From Octopus bimaculoides (taxonomy: Eukaryota), in contig NC_068991.1 in assembly GCF_001194135.2 (NCBI RefSeq), positions 50,459,499-50,505,114 of the forward strand: DNA of 45,616 nt, written 5' to 3'. Within the stretch, counting starts at the first letter, position 1. Each line of letters starts with the position of its first letter. Of the stretch, positions 12,038 through 24,411 are shown piece by piece. A program made the translations under genes and the position numbers. The notes under the pieces were generated by a model, which made no database searches, was not told the origin of the DNA, and saw only the letters and a program-made list of their open reading frames with translations.

Positions 12038-12331
12038 AAGAGAAAGCAAAGAGTGAAGACTCTCAGACGACGAATATTTGAGTATAAATATTTCGATATT
12101 TATATCAATAGATCAAACTTACAAAGTACAAATGACAAAGAAAATTAAAGGGGAAGAAGTAAGGTGTTGTAAGTTCAACAGCTGGTTGAACTTACAACAC
12201 CTTACTTCTTCCCCTTTAATTTTCTCTGTTAAGTTGGATCTATTAATATAAATAACTATCTAAATATATAGATATTTATATTTATACTTAAATATTTGTC
12301 ATCTGAGAGTCTTCATTCTTTGCATTCTCTC
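12038..12331. repeat. ~290-bp fold-back with a perfect 41-bp inner stem
   Basis: 12139-12179 and 12185-12225 are exact reverse complements; the outer arms are diverged. Confidence 0.9.
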
Positions 12332-12338
12332 ATTTTGC

Positions 12339-12392
<54 letters not shown>

Positions 12393-13160
12393 NNNNNNNN
12401 NNNNNNNNNNNNNNNNNNNNNNNNNNNNNNNNNNNNNNNNNNNNNNNNNNNNNNNNNNNNNNNNNNNNNNNNNNNNNNNNNNNNNNNNNNNNNNNNNNNN
12501 NNNNNNNNNNNNNNNNNNNNNNNNNNNNNNNNNNNNNNNNNNNNNNNNNNNNNNNNNNNNNNNNNNNNNNNNNNNNNNNNNNNNNNNNNNNNNNNNNNNN
12601 NNNNNNNNNNNNNNNNNNNNNNNNNNNNNNNNNNNNNNNNNNNNNNNNNNNNNNNNNNNNNNNNNNNNNNNNNNNNNNNNNNNNNNNNNNNNNNNNNNNN
12701 NNNNNNNNNNNNNNNNNNNNNNNNNNNNNNNNNNNNNNNNNNNNNNNNNNNNNNNNNNNNNNNNNNNNNNNNNNNNNNNNNNNNNNNNNNNNNNNNNNNN
12801 NNNNNNNNNNNNNNNNNNNNNNNNNNNNNNNNNNNNNNNNNNNNNNNNNNNNNNNNNNNNNNNNNNNNNNNNNNNNNNNNNNNNNNNNNNNNNNNNNNNN
12901 NNNNNNNNNNNNNNNNNNNNNNNNNNNNNNNNNNNNNNNNNNNNNNNNNNNNNNNNNNNNNNNNNNNNNNNNNNNNNNNNNNNNNNNNNNNNNNNNNNNN
13001 NNNNNNNNNNNNNNNNNNNNNNNNNNNNNNNNNNNNNNNNNNNNNNNNNNNNNNNNNNNNNNNNNNNNNNNNNNNNNNNNNNNNNNNNNNNNNNNNNNNN
13101 NNNNNNNNNNNNNNNNNNNNNNNNNNNNNNNNNNNNNNNNNNNNNNNNNNNNNNNNNNNN

Positions 13161-13207
<47 letters not shown>

Positions 13208-13348
13208 ATTATATTATATATATATGAGAGTTTTTCACATGGTAATTATTACTGTATGAGGTAGTATAAAAAGGTTCTCAGGCTAGTTATGTTTAATAAA
13301 AAATAACTTATTTACCTAAGAGTTAAGGAATAGAGTAGATTAGATCCA

Positions 13349-13432
13349 GACTACATATGTTTCATAGCGAGCGGAATCTCGGAAGTGGTAAATATCAAAG
13401 TGAGGTGTATACCGCAGGCTACTCCTCAGGCC
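13349..13432 (-). ncRNA. Type I hammerhead ribozyme candidate, Penelope type
   Basis: GGC-CUGAGGA-GUAGC cu GCGG...CCGC uc GCUAU-GAA-AC AUAU GU-A/GUC. Core intact, extended stem II, palindromic stem III, GUA cleavage site; stem I is only 3 bp. Confidence 0.6.
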
Positions 13433-13611
13433 AACTATACCTTGATTAAATCAAACTTTACATTGTCTCAAGGAGGTACATGTTAACACATGGAAGATTC
13501 AATCAGATTAAATACATATACTAATGTATAATATGCTTTATATATTTTCCAATGGCTGAGTCCCTCATAAAAACGTTAAATAAATTGCCAGAAGACAGTA
13601 TATTAGTTTAT

Positions 13612-13765
13612 AGGCATAGATCTTGCTGTGTGGTAAGAAGCTTGCTTCCTAACCACATGGTTCCAGATTCAGTCCCACTGTGTGGCACCTTGACAAATGT
13701 CTTCTACTGTAGCCTTGGGCCAACCAAAGCTTTGTGAGTGAATTTGGTAGACAAATGGTAAGAAG
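13612..13765 (+). mobile_element. SINE family 1, 5' part running into a gap
   Basis: Aligns to the head of the 8211-8614 element. A further 5'-region fragment lies at 1-50. Confidence 0.75.
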
Positions 13766-14653
13766 NNNNNNNNNNNNNNNNNNNNNNNNNNNNNNNNNNN
13801 NNNNNNNNNNNNNNNNNNNNNNNNNNNNNNNNNNNNNNNNNNNNNNNNNNNNNNNNNNNNNNNNNNNNNNNNNNNNNNNNNNNNNNNNNNNNNNNNNNNN
13901 NNNNNNNNNNNNNNNNNNNNNNNNNNNNNNNNNNNNNNNNNNNNNNNNNNNNNNNNNNNNNNNNNNNNNNNNNNNNNNNNNNNNNNNNNNNNNNNNNNNN
14001 NNNNNNNNNNNNNNNNNNNNNNNNNNNNNNNNNNNNNNNNNNNNNNNNNNNNNNNNNNNNNNNNNNNNNNNNNNNNNNNNNNNNNNNNNNNNNNNNNNNN
14101 NNNNNNNNNNNNNNNNNNNNNNNNNNNNNNNNNNNNNNNNNNNNNNNNNNNNNNNNNNNNNNNNNNNNNNNNNNNNNNNNNNNNNNNNNNNNNNNNNNNN
14201 NNNNNNNNNNNNNNNNNNNNNNNNNNNNNNNNNNNNNNNNNNNNNNNNNNNNNNNNNNNNNNNNNNNNNNNNNNNNNNNNNNNNNNNNNNNNNNNNNNNN
14301 NNNNNNNNNNNNNNNNNNNNNNNNNNNNNNNNNNNNNNNNNNNNNNNNNNNNNNNNNNNNNNNNNNNNNNNNNNNNNNNNNNNNNNNNNNNNNNNNNNNN
14401 NNNNNNNNNNNNNNNNNNNNNNNNNNNNNNNNNNNNNNNNNNNNNNNNNNNNNNNNNNNNNNNNNNNNNNNNNNNNNNNNNNNNNNNNNNNNNNNNNNNN
14501 NNNNNNNNNNNNNNNNNNNNNNNNNNNNNNNNNNNNNNNNNNNNNNNNNNNNNNNNNNNNNNNNNNNNNNNNNNNNNNNNNNNNNNNNNNNNNNNNNNNN
14601 NNNNNNNNNNNNNNNNNNNNNNNNNNNNNNNNNNNNNNNNNNNNNNNNNNNNN

Positions 14654-14686
<33 letters not shown>

Positions 14687-15817
14687 TATGTATGTATACA
14701 TACATACAGTTATATGTATAAAAGAAGTCAAATGTTAATATCTTTCAGTGGAGTAACATTTGTGTTTACAGTGCACAGGTTGACAGTGACCTCAAAATTT
14801 TGCCTTAGCCACCTTTGTTAGTCGAAAAGGAGGATCAGCTTCATTGAAACTAAATACATGTTACATGTATGTTTGTGGACATAATGGGCTTAAACAAAGA
14901 GACATTATGTTGCTTATTCATTTCTTTATTGTTCTGGCTGAAATTGTTTTAAAAACTGAACGAAATAATACTGGATTTTTTTATAAGGGTCGAATAATCT
15001 TTTACCTGATATTGCCAGCCTTTACAAATAAATTAGCTGCAAATGCAAAAAGGAAAATAAAATCTTGGCGTGATTTAGTGTATAACTAGAGACAGAGACA
15101 GACTAAGGCACAACAATTAAAACCTGTAATACAAGTAGTACAATTTGTTTATCTAGGGCAAAAGCATATCAGTATTTAACTACAAGGTAATTGTTGTTGT
15201 CAACAACTTCTGTATCATTTGAAATTGTTACCAATTAAACAGAATTAAAATAACAATATAAGTAGCACAATACTTTATAGCATTATTGGGACAGAATGCT
15301 GATCTTTTATGGCTAAGCATGCTGTACAGACTTTGTAAGCAACCACAATAATGAAATGTATGTTGGAACAAATGATATGAACTTGTGTTTGTCATAATTT
15401 TTCATACATATACTTATATATATATAAATTGTAAATCCAAAAGAAAAAAATAACAACAAAACTACAAAGGATTCCGCGGTACACGTGTTTCAAGCTCTAC
15501 ATGTGTATAATATAATATAACATAACATAATATAATATATTATAATATAACATAATATAATATGTGTATAATCTACAATGTAAAGCTATCTTCAGCCGCA
15601 AAATTATCTCTCTCCCAGGAAATTATACCATCTCGACGTTGAAGTAAGAAGAAATGTGTGATGTAAGAGGTGAAGATCCTTTCGGTATTTTGTATAGTAC
15701 TATATCTGTTATGATTCTCCACCCGGACATAATCTCTCCGGTCCTTCGAAAANNNNNNNNNNTTACAATTGTTAAGTATTACCTCTAATTTTCAATTTAC
15801 CTTATATATATATAGAT

Positions 15818-16286
15818 AGATAAACTTACTCGGAAATGGATGCATGGCGTTCAATCATATAACAATACAAATAGAATATTATATATATATATATATATAT
15901 ATCATCATCATCGTTTAACGTCCACTTTCCATGCTAGCATGGGTTGGACGATTTGACTGAGGACTGGCAAGCCAGAGGGCTGCACCAGGCTCCAATCTGA
16001 TCTGGCAGAGTTTCTACAACTGGAAGCCCTTCCTAACGCCAACCACTCCGAGAGTGTAGTGGGTGCTTTTACGTGCCACTGGTACGAGGGCCAGTCACAT
16101 GGTACTGACAACGGCCTTGCTCAAAAGGTGTTTTTTTACATGCCACCTGCACGGGAGCCAGTCCAGTGGCACTGGCAACGACCTCGCTCGAATGATTTTC
16201 TAATGTGCCACCAGCACAAGTGCTAGAAGGCGACGCTGGTAACGATTACGCTGAAATGGTGCTATTTTGGTGGTATTTACGGGCCG

Positions 16287-16324
<38 letters not shown>

Positions 16325-17602
16325 TATATACATACATATGTGTACATACTTACAAATCTATGAATATATATATATATATGCATATAGGGATACAGGATGT
16401 CACAAAACATAAACAATATGAAATACAAAGGCAAATTTGGGTATGTGAACAAAGAGAGAAGCAAATGGAAAACAAGACAAGTAACATAAAGAATGACCCT
16501 TCATAAGTTGTCAGCTCTTCATCTACTCCACATTTTGAGCAATTAATGACAATATGAGGCTTTGGAAAACAGTTGCTCCCACAAACCAAAATAAAATTTG
16601 GGATTTGCAGAGGGTCAGAGTTGGTAACAAAAACAAGACAGAGGAGATATACAACAAACCAAACGAAAACAAAGATCGAGGGCTGTTAGGCCAGACGTGG
16701 TAAGGTAGCGAACATTGGAGGAATATTCTTTGACAAGAGAAAAGATAGGAGACAGATAAGAATGCATCTGGTCTGTGCGACAGACTGAAGAAAAAGAAAG
16801 ATGATCACATGAGGAAAAGAAAGATGGACAATGGTCATGTGTGAGCAATGAGAGAGAGTAAAGAAAGAAGAGGGAGAGAGAGACAGACAGACATAGAAAA
16901 TGGTGAAGGGGGAGAAAAAAGAATTAAAGAAAGGAAGAGAGAGAACAGTACAGGGTAGAGTTGCATCAAAATTATTAAGATAAACTTACTTGGAAATGGA
17001 TGCATGGCGTTCAATCATATAATAATATAATAATATAAATAATATATATATATNNNNNNNNNNNNNNNNNNNNNNNNNNNNNNNNNNNNNNNNNNNNNNN
17101 NNNNNNNNNNNNNNNNNNNNNNNNNNNNNNNNNNNNNNNNNNNNNNNNNNNNNNNNNNNNNNNACTTACCTATATATGTATATATATATGCATATATACA
17201 TACATATATGTACATACTTACCTATATATGTATATATATATGCATATATGGGTACAGGACGTCCCAAAACATACACAACATGAATTACGAAATATGTAAA
17301 CAACATAAAATACAAAGGCAAACTTGGGTATGCGAACAATGAGAGAAAGAAATGGAAAACAAGACCATCTAGTCCACCTTTTGAGAAATTAACAACAATA
17401 TGAGGCTTCGAAAAACAGTTGCTCCCATAAACCAAAATAAAACTAGGGATTTGAGGAGGGTCAAAGTTGGTAACAAAAACAGGACAGTGGAAACATACAA
17501 GGAAATCAAATGAAAACAAAGATGGAGGGCTGTTAGGCCAGACAAGGTAAGGTTGCGAACGCTGGAGTAATATTCTTTGACAAGAGAAAAGATAGGAGAC
17601 AG
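15818..17602. repeat. Diverged partial tandem duplication
   Basis: 15818-15868 matches 16978-17028, and ~16387-16760 matches ~17250-17602. Confidence 0.8.
15901..16270 (-). mobile_element. RTE LINE 3'UTR inserted between (TA)n tracts
   Basis: Same 3'UTR and tail family as above. Confidence 0.85.
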
Positions 17603-17668
17603 ATATATATATATATATATATATCTATATATACACACACTGACACACTTATATATAAGTATGCATAT

Positions 17669-17902
17669 GGCACCTGACTGTACTCTGCAGCAGAAGTGTT
17701 AAGACCGATCCTTCTGGTGGTGTAATGCACCTGTGCAGTGCCACATAAAAGCACCCAGCACACTCTGTAAAGTGGTTGGCATTAGGAAGGGCATCCAGCC
17801 ATAGAAACCATGCCAAATCAGACTGGTGTCTGGTGCAGCCCCCCAGCTCTGGTCACACTGTCCAACCCATGCCAGAATGGGCAACAGATGTTAAATGATG
17901 AC
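17669..17902 (+). mobile_element. RTE LINE 3'UTR, tail interrupted by a SINE
   Basis: Same family; the tail continues at 18134-18158. Confidence 0.8.
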
Positions 17903-18133
17903 GACGGCAAGCTGGCAGAATCGTCAGCACACCGGGCGAAATGCTTAGCAGTATTTTATCTGCCGTTACGTTCTGAGTTCAAATTCCGCTGAGGTCGACA
18001 TTGGCTTTCATCCTTTCGGGATTGCTAAATTAAGTACCAGTTACGCACTGGTGTCAATGTAATCGACTTAATCCCTTTGTCTGTCCTTGTTTGTCCCCTC
18101 TATGTTTAGCCCCTTGTGGGCAATAAACAAATA
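17903..18133 (+). mobile_element. SINE family 2 (Nin/Deu-domain-like) with 17-bp TSD
   Basis: tRNA-like head and ctttcatcctttcggg...taaattaagtaccag core. TSD agatgttaaatgatgac at 17886-17902 and 18134-18150. A decayed minus copy lies at ~22320-22450. Confidence 0.8.
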
Positions 18134-18586
18134 AGATGTTAAATGATGACAATGATGAATATATATTTATATATCTATAGGAATAGGTATGGTAAAAAAG
18201 TTAGCTTTACAACCCTATGATTTGAGGTTGAATTTTGAGCCAAATCTTGGGCAAGTTTCTCTATTATGACTCTGGGCTGATCAATCTCTTGACAGTGAAT
18301 TTGGTTGATGGAAATTGTAGAATGCCCATTATAGTACATGTGTGTGAATGCATGTAAATGTAAATGATACTCTCTGGTCACCATATGAGTGAAATAGTGT
18401 CAATATCTATATTCTTTATTGACATTAGAATCAGTCTCTTCTGGGTTTGTGAAAACCTGAAGAATAAAAATAAATCCCTTACTTGAAAAACAGGTGAGTG
18501 TTGGCAGCAAGAAGATCATCTGGCCATAAAATTCTGCCTCAAAATGAATTCCTGTCCAAGCCTTGCTAGCATGGAAAAACGGACAT

Positions 18587-18632
<46 letters not shown>

Positions 18633-18784
18633 GTGTGTATGTATATATATATATATTTATGTGTGTGTGTAGCAGGAGTTATCTCCCACTTGCATTAAAT
18701 ATTAGGTACAAAAAGCACACTGAATAAACCAGCTGAAGGAGATATCTTCCTGGGGTTAAATGGCAGTATCACCATCTCTTAGAG

Positions 18785-19061
18785 CAGAGGTTTTCAAACT
18801 GTGGTCCGCAAGGACAAGTCAGGGGGTCCGTGGACAGCAAATACTTTTTATGCGCAATTTGATTTTATATATGTTTTTTAATCAAAATCTTTTAATTGAC
18901 AATAAACCTATTTGTTAAATATTGTTAAATAAATAAATGTAAAAATATGTTATTTTAAGCAAATATTTATGTATAAATTTCATAAGCGTTTATAAGGGGG
19001 TCCCTAAGGTAAAGCCTGAAATATAAAGGGGTCCTCAAGTCAAAAAGTTTGAAAACCCCTG
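18785..19061. mobile_element. hAT-family MITE, copy 1
   Basis: TIRs cagaggttttcaaact / agtttgaaaacccctg with a perfect 8-bp TSD TCTTAGAG. Confidence 0.92.
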
Positions 19062-19928
19062 TCTTAGAGGACAGCCACATTAAAGTGACCATAAGCAATA
19101 CTTTTTGGTTTGTATACTCTTTCTATCTTTTCAAATAGACTAGTTTCCTAGTTACAAAATCAGTGATTGTATGACACCATTTTCTATATATTGCGAGGTA
19201 AACTGCTATGCCTGACATTGAGTACCTACCACTCAGGAGATCCAATAGAGATTGAAACCATGTGGTCTTGAAGCCAGGGCGGTAGGAGTTATCTCCCGTT
19301 TGCAATAAATATTGGGTACGAGAAGTGCACTGAATAAACCAGTTGGAGATGTCTTTTGGGGGTTAAATGGCAGTACTGTCATAGTAAATAGGGGAGATGG
19401 TGGTGAATGAAATGCATTTTTTTTTTGCCCATTTATAATGCTTTCACATGATTAGTTGAAGGGAAAAAGTGAAGAGCAAAAGAAAAAAGACAGAGAAAAA
19501 GAGGGTAAGGCAAAGAGGAAGTGTCTATAAATTTGTGTGTAAAGTATATAAAGTGTATATATGAAGTGCATTAAGTAGTCATTGTATTCCAATTTCTTTT
19601 ACTTTTCAATGAATAGAAATGAGCAACTATCTTTCAATACAGACACAACACAAACTACGCTTTCAGGTTTTTTGGATAAAGTTTTCAGAAATAACCCATA
19701 AGTTTACCATTAGTTCAGTGAAATATTCACGGGTCTCACTAGTATAGCATTAATAGTCCTGATTTACACATAACACATCAAGTTCTATACAAATACGTAC
19801 AGGTTGAAGTTCACTGATTTGAGGGAGTCATTTGAATTTAGTGGTCATTGGTTTGCATGACAGTGGCTTTGGCCAGCTGTGGCACCCCATACTGCCTATG
19901 TTCACCAAAGCTCCTACTACAGAGGCCT

Positions 19929-20236
19929 TTTACTTGCTTCAGTTAGTAGACTGGCCATGCAGTACATTTTTTTAAAGTCTAGCATTTATTTTATTGATTT
20001 CTAAGTTATGGGGGATGTAAACATACTGACACCAGTTGTCAGGTGGTGGTGGCAGACAGAGCTACAAAGCCATACACACACATGTAGGGCTTCTTTCTGT
20101 TTCCATCCACCATATCCACTCACAGGGCTTTGGTTGGCCTGAGGTTATAGAAGACACTTGCCCAAGGTGCCTTGCTATGGGACTGAACCCAAAACTATGT
20201 GGTTGGGAAACAAGCTTTTTACCACAGCCATACCTA
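19929..20236 (-). mobile_element. SINE family 1, decayed
   Basis: Head, middle and tail motifs recognisable. Confidence 0.7.
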
Positions 20237-21091
20237 CAACTACAGACATTATCTATGTTCACCCTCGAATGTACTACTGAAGCAATCACCTTGATGTCTT
20301 GCAAACAACTCACACATGCAAGTGCTACCAGTCGAGAACTCCGCATACCGGAAGCCAGCAAGTGTATGGGGTCATCAGGAGAGAATGCGTGCCGTTTCGG
20401 GGCCTACCTCTCGACGGCATCAATGCGCACCATCCCCCTCACTGATATGAGGCCCCGTTTGCTAGATCAACTGGTTATTAAAAAAAAGCTCAATATTTCT
20501 CTAGTCATTGCTCATGGTCTCTTTTTAACCAAATCCAGTGGCTAGCCTTCTCCACTGTAGTTTGAATATCACTCATGGTGGTATTTCATTAGAAAGTGGC
20601 TAGGTGTACCTTGGATGTTAAACAGTGAAAGTGACAGTGATACATCAAAACAGCCATGTGACATGAGCTGTTATAAAAAAAAAAGAAAAAAAGTAGTAGA
20701 AATTGGTTTGTCATACATTTTTATGTATGTACCCCTTGATTACTATTTTATACTCACACACCCTATAACAGATTCAATATTTAAAAACTAATTTTGATAC
20801 TTCGTTTAAAATTCCTATGTTATTCACTTATTCATTTGTATAGGTTGAACTATGTAGAGAAAGAGACCTAGCTGTTTCCTGCAATACATACATTTCAATG
20901 AAACCTTTTCATGGATCTTTAAAACACTACTTGTGGATCCCCAATTTACTATTTTGCTAGTGTGGACCTCTGAAATCCTAGATGAGCCCCAGTCGAAAAC
21001 TACTGGTGTAGGTCTATAGACAGTGACTGTGAAGAAACAATGAGAGAAAATAGGGTAAATTTTTCTGACACTGAAGGTACTGGAACTGCAG

Positions 21092-21122
<31 letters not shown>

Positions 21123-21821
21123 CATGCAAGTTATTTCAAAACCATATGCTTTTCTCCCCTGTTAAAAGAGGAAAAAAAAATCTATTGTTTTTAATGACTA
21201 TAGATTAATTTTATAATGCTGCGTTATGGCGTGTTGTGGAGCCCAGAACAAGGATGAAATATTACTGTCCACAACTACTGAAAAGTTAAAAAAATGAATT
21301 ATATGGAAATAATTTATGCTCTTTTCACTCTCTGATAATGATTTCTCAACATAAGAAAAAAACAAAAAACCGAGAAGCGATTCCCTCCCCTTAAGTAGTA
21401 GTTCCCAGTGAGATGACCACATGAAAGTAAGAAAATTCTCCAAAAGAGAAAAGCATTAATAGAAGGCAACACACGTGCAACAGGCTGTAGTGATGGCAGT
21501 AGTTTGCCATGATTGTGGGAGCATTTCTGGAGAAATGATCATCAAACTAGCTAAAGTATTTCATAACCAACTAAATATTTGAATGGTTTGGTTTCATTGT
21601 TTTAACAAGCAACATCATGTGAGGTGAGAAGTGTTGATAAAGTTGTTGATTAGAAATTTAGAGCCAAACCTTAAATATATAAAAACATGACAGATCAATA
21701 GCCACTACACATTCTTTTTTTTTTCTCCTTGTTTCTTTCTGTGTAAGTGTGTAGGCTCAAAACGTTAAAGACTTTTTCACTTCCTGAGCATTAAACTAAT
21801 ATATCTGTTTGTTGTCTACAC

Positions 21822-22115
21822 CAGGGGTTTTCAAACTGTGGTCCCTGGACCACAGGGGGTCTGCAAGGACAAGACAGGGGTTCTGTGGATAGCAAATACT
21901 TTTTATGGGCAATTTGATTTTATATATGCTTTTTAATCGAAATCTTTTAATTGACAATAAACCTATTTGTTAAATACTGTTAAATAAATAGATGTAAAAA
22001 TATATATTTTAAGGAAATATTTATGTATAAATTTCATAAGCGTTTATAAGGAGGTCCCTAAGGTAAAGCCTGAAATATAAAGGGGTCCGCAAGTCAAAAA
22101 GTTTGAAAACCCCTG
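21822..22115. mobile_element. hAT-family MITE, copy 2
   Basis: TIRs caggggttttcaaact / agtttgaaaacccctg with a perfect 8-bp TSD GTCTACAC. Body closely matches copy 1. Confidence 0.93.
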
Positions 22116-22460
22116 GTCTACACCACCTGTCATCGTCTTGTTTTTTTTGTGAATTCTCCCCATATATAAAAACAAACTCTACAAGACATGTTTCAATGAT
22201 CAATTTACAAGAATACTTTGCAACACCAGAAAAGCATCTAGAATCCTCTTTGTAGCATCTCTGCTGCAAATATCCTGCTCAATGACCAAGATGCAAACCT
22301 ACTTAATAGATTTCAAGATTTGGCACAAGGCCAGCAATTTCAGAGGGAGCGGGTAAGTCGATTACATCGACTCTGAAAGGATGAAAGGCAAAGTTGGCCT
22401 CAGCAGGAATTTTAACTCAGAATGTGGTGATGGACAAAATGCCACTAGATATTAACTTAA

Positions 22461-22668
22461 CCCTTTAGCATTTAAACCAGCCATATTCGGCCCAAATATT
22501 CTACTTCCTTTATGTTCAAACTGGCCTCTCACATCTAGCCTACAATGTCATTTTAAAAATAAACAATCTCAGTAGTGAAATCTCAAAAATTATGAGATAA
22601 TACATGACGAATTCAAAATGATGTGAATAAGCATGGATTACATTTGACAGAATATGAATGCTAAAAGG
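22461..22668. mobile_element. TTAA-flanked (piggyBac-type) MITE, copy 1
   Basis: TTAA|ccctttagcatt ... aatgctaaaagg|TTAA. Confidence 0.8.
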
Positions 22669-22989
22669 TTAATATTGAATGTTATATACATTTTGAAAAT
22701 GATTTACTATAAAAGATGGAGTAAATAAATTATTGTTTTTTATATATTTGTTTTACAGGCCTATTTTTCTTTGCTTTTTTCTACTAATTTTGTGTCCCAG
22801 AAGTAAGTTTGTTATAAAGAGATCCAGTAAATGGAACTAGGTCTATGCTTATTATATAGTCTATGAATTACTTTGCCATTTTTTAAAACCTCAAGTGTGA
22901 CTGGTTTAGCAAGTTTCCTATTTTGGGAGTTGTCTGCTCCCAAATCACTTGTATTTGAGATGTTAAAGCTGATTGATTTCACCAACGAT

Positions 22990-24411
22990 CGGTGCTCAGC
23001 CCCCTCTTGTTCATCATAGTCTTCCAGGCAATAACAAAGGAATTTAAGACAGGCTGCCCCTGGGAGCTCCTCTAGGCTGATGATCTTCCTCTTATAAAGC
23101 AATCACTTCCACAACTAGAGAAGTTCCTGGTATGGAAACAAGGTCTAAAATCGAAGGGCCTTGGAGTTAACCTAGCAAAAGCCAAAGTCTTAGTAAGTAA
23201 GAAGATAGACAGATCACAAATCTCTTCAGGTAGGTGGCCCTGCACAAGCTATAGAAAAGGCGTAGGTAGAAATTTCATAAGATGCACCCGGGTAAGCCTT
23301 GGCTACATAAAAAGTGCAGCAATATCACAGGAAGGTTAACAGGGAAACTAGCTTTTGTATGTGGAAGATGTACAGGTACAATAAATGCTGAAAAAGGGCA
23401 GAAAATAGACTCCATTAACTGCCAGTGAGGCAAACTAGAGGTAGTAGATAGCTTCCATTATTTAGGCGACCAACTTAGTAGTGGAGGGAGCGCTCTGAGA
23501 GCATAGCTGGGAAAAGTTCAGAGAGCTCCTAATACTGCTGGCAACAAAGGGCCTCTCTCTCAGAATGAAAGGCAGATAATGATGCCTGTATGTGAACAAC
23601 TATGCTACATTGCAGTGAAACATGGGCTGTGACAGCCGAGGACATGCGTAGGCTTGAAAAAAATGAAGCCAGTATGGGCAATGTCGGGATGTTGGACAGT
23701 GTAAACATCTTGAGAGACAAGTTAGGCACAAGAGGCATCAGAGGCGGTGTGCAAGAAAGACGATTGTGCTGATATGGTCATGTGATGCGCATGTACAAGG
23801 AGAACTGTGCATAGAAGTGCTGATCTGTAACTGTGGAGGGAACCTGTGGTAGAGGAAGACCCAAGAAGACACAGGACGAAGTGGTGAAGCATGATCTTTG
23901 AACCTCACAGAGGTAAGGACTAGTGACCAAAACCTTTGGCGATATGCTGTGCTTAAGACTTGTCAAGCCAATTGAAATCGTAGTCATGACTGATGTTGGG
24001 GTCACATAACTGGCACTCATGACAGTGGCACGTAAAGAGCACTGTTGGAGCATTGGGCCTCATGGAGGCAAAGTGGCCAAGTTCCTTTCAAGCGTTGGGC
24101 CTCACAGAGTCAAACTGTCTGAGTTTCTTTCAATTGTTGGGCCTCACAGAGGCAATGACCAAAACCATTGGCATTATGTCGTGCTTGAGAAGAAGACCCA
24201 TCAAGCTGAGCAAAATAGCAGTCATGACAGATACTGGTGTCATGCAAAAGCACCCATTACACTCTCGGAGTGGTTGACATTAGGAGGGGCATCCAACCGT
24301 ACAAAACCATGCCAAATCAGACTGGAGTCTGGTGCAGCCTTCCAGCTTACCAGCCCTAGTCAAACTGCCCAAACCATGCCAGCATGGACAACAGACATTA
24401 AATGATAATGA
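22990..24411 (+). mobile_element. RTE-clade LINE, decayed 3' ~1.4 kb
   Basis: LSPLLFIIVFQAITKEFKTGCPWELL*ADD (YADD mutated to TAG at 23073-23084), PHD-like insert, GRGRPKKT C-terminus, 3'UTR and GAT tail. Many stops and frameshifts. Confidence 0.88.

Noticed and set aside
560-14738. Long ORFs spanning N runs (e.g. 2755-3867, 12296-13264, 13649-14731)
   Set aside because: They are open only because N codons contain no stops.
20360-20460. GC-rich hairpin with GAAAC and CTGATGA on the minus strand
   Set aside because: Order and pairing fit no hammerhead topology.
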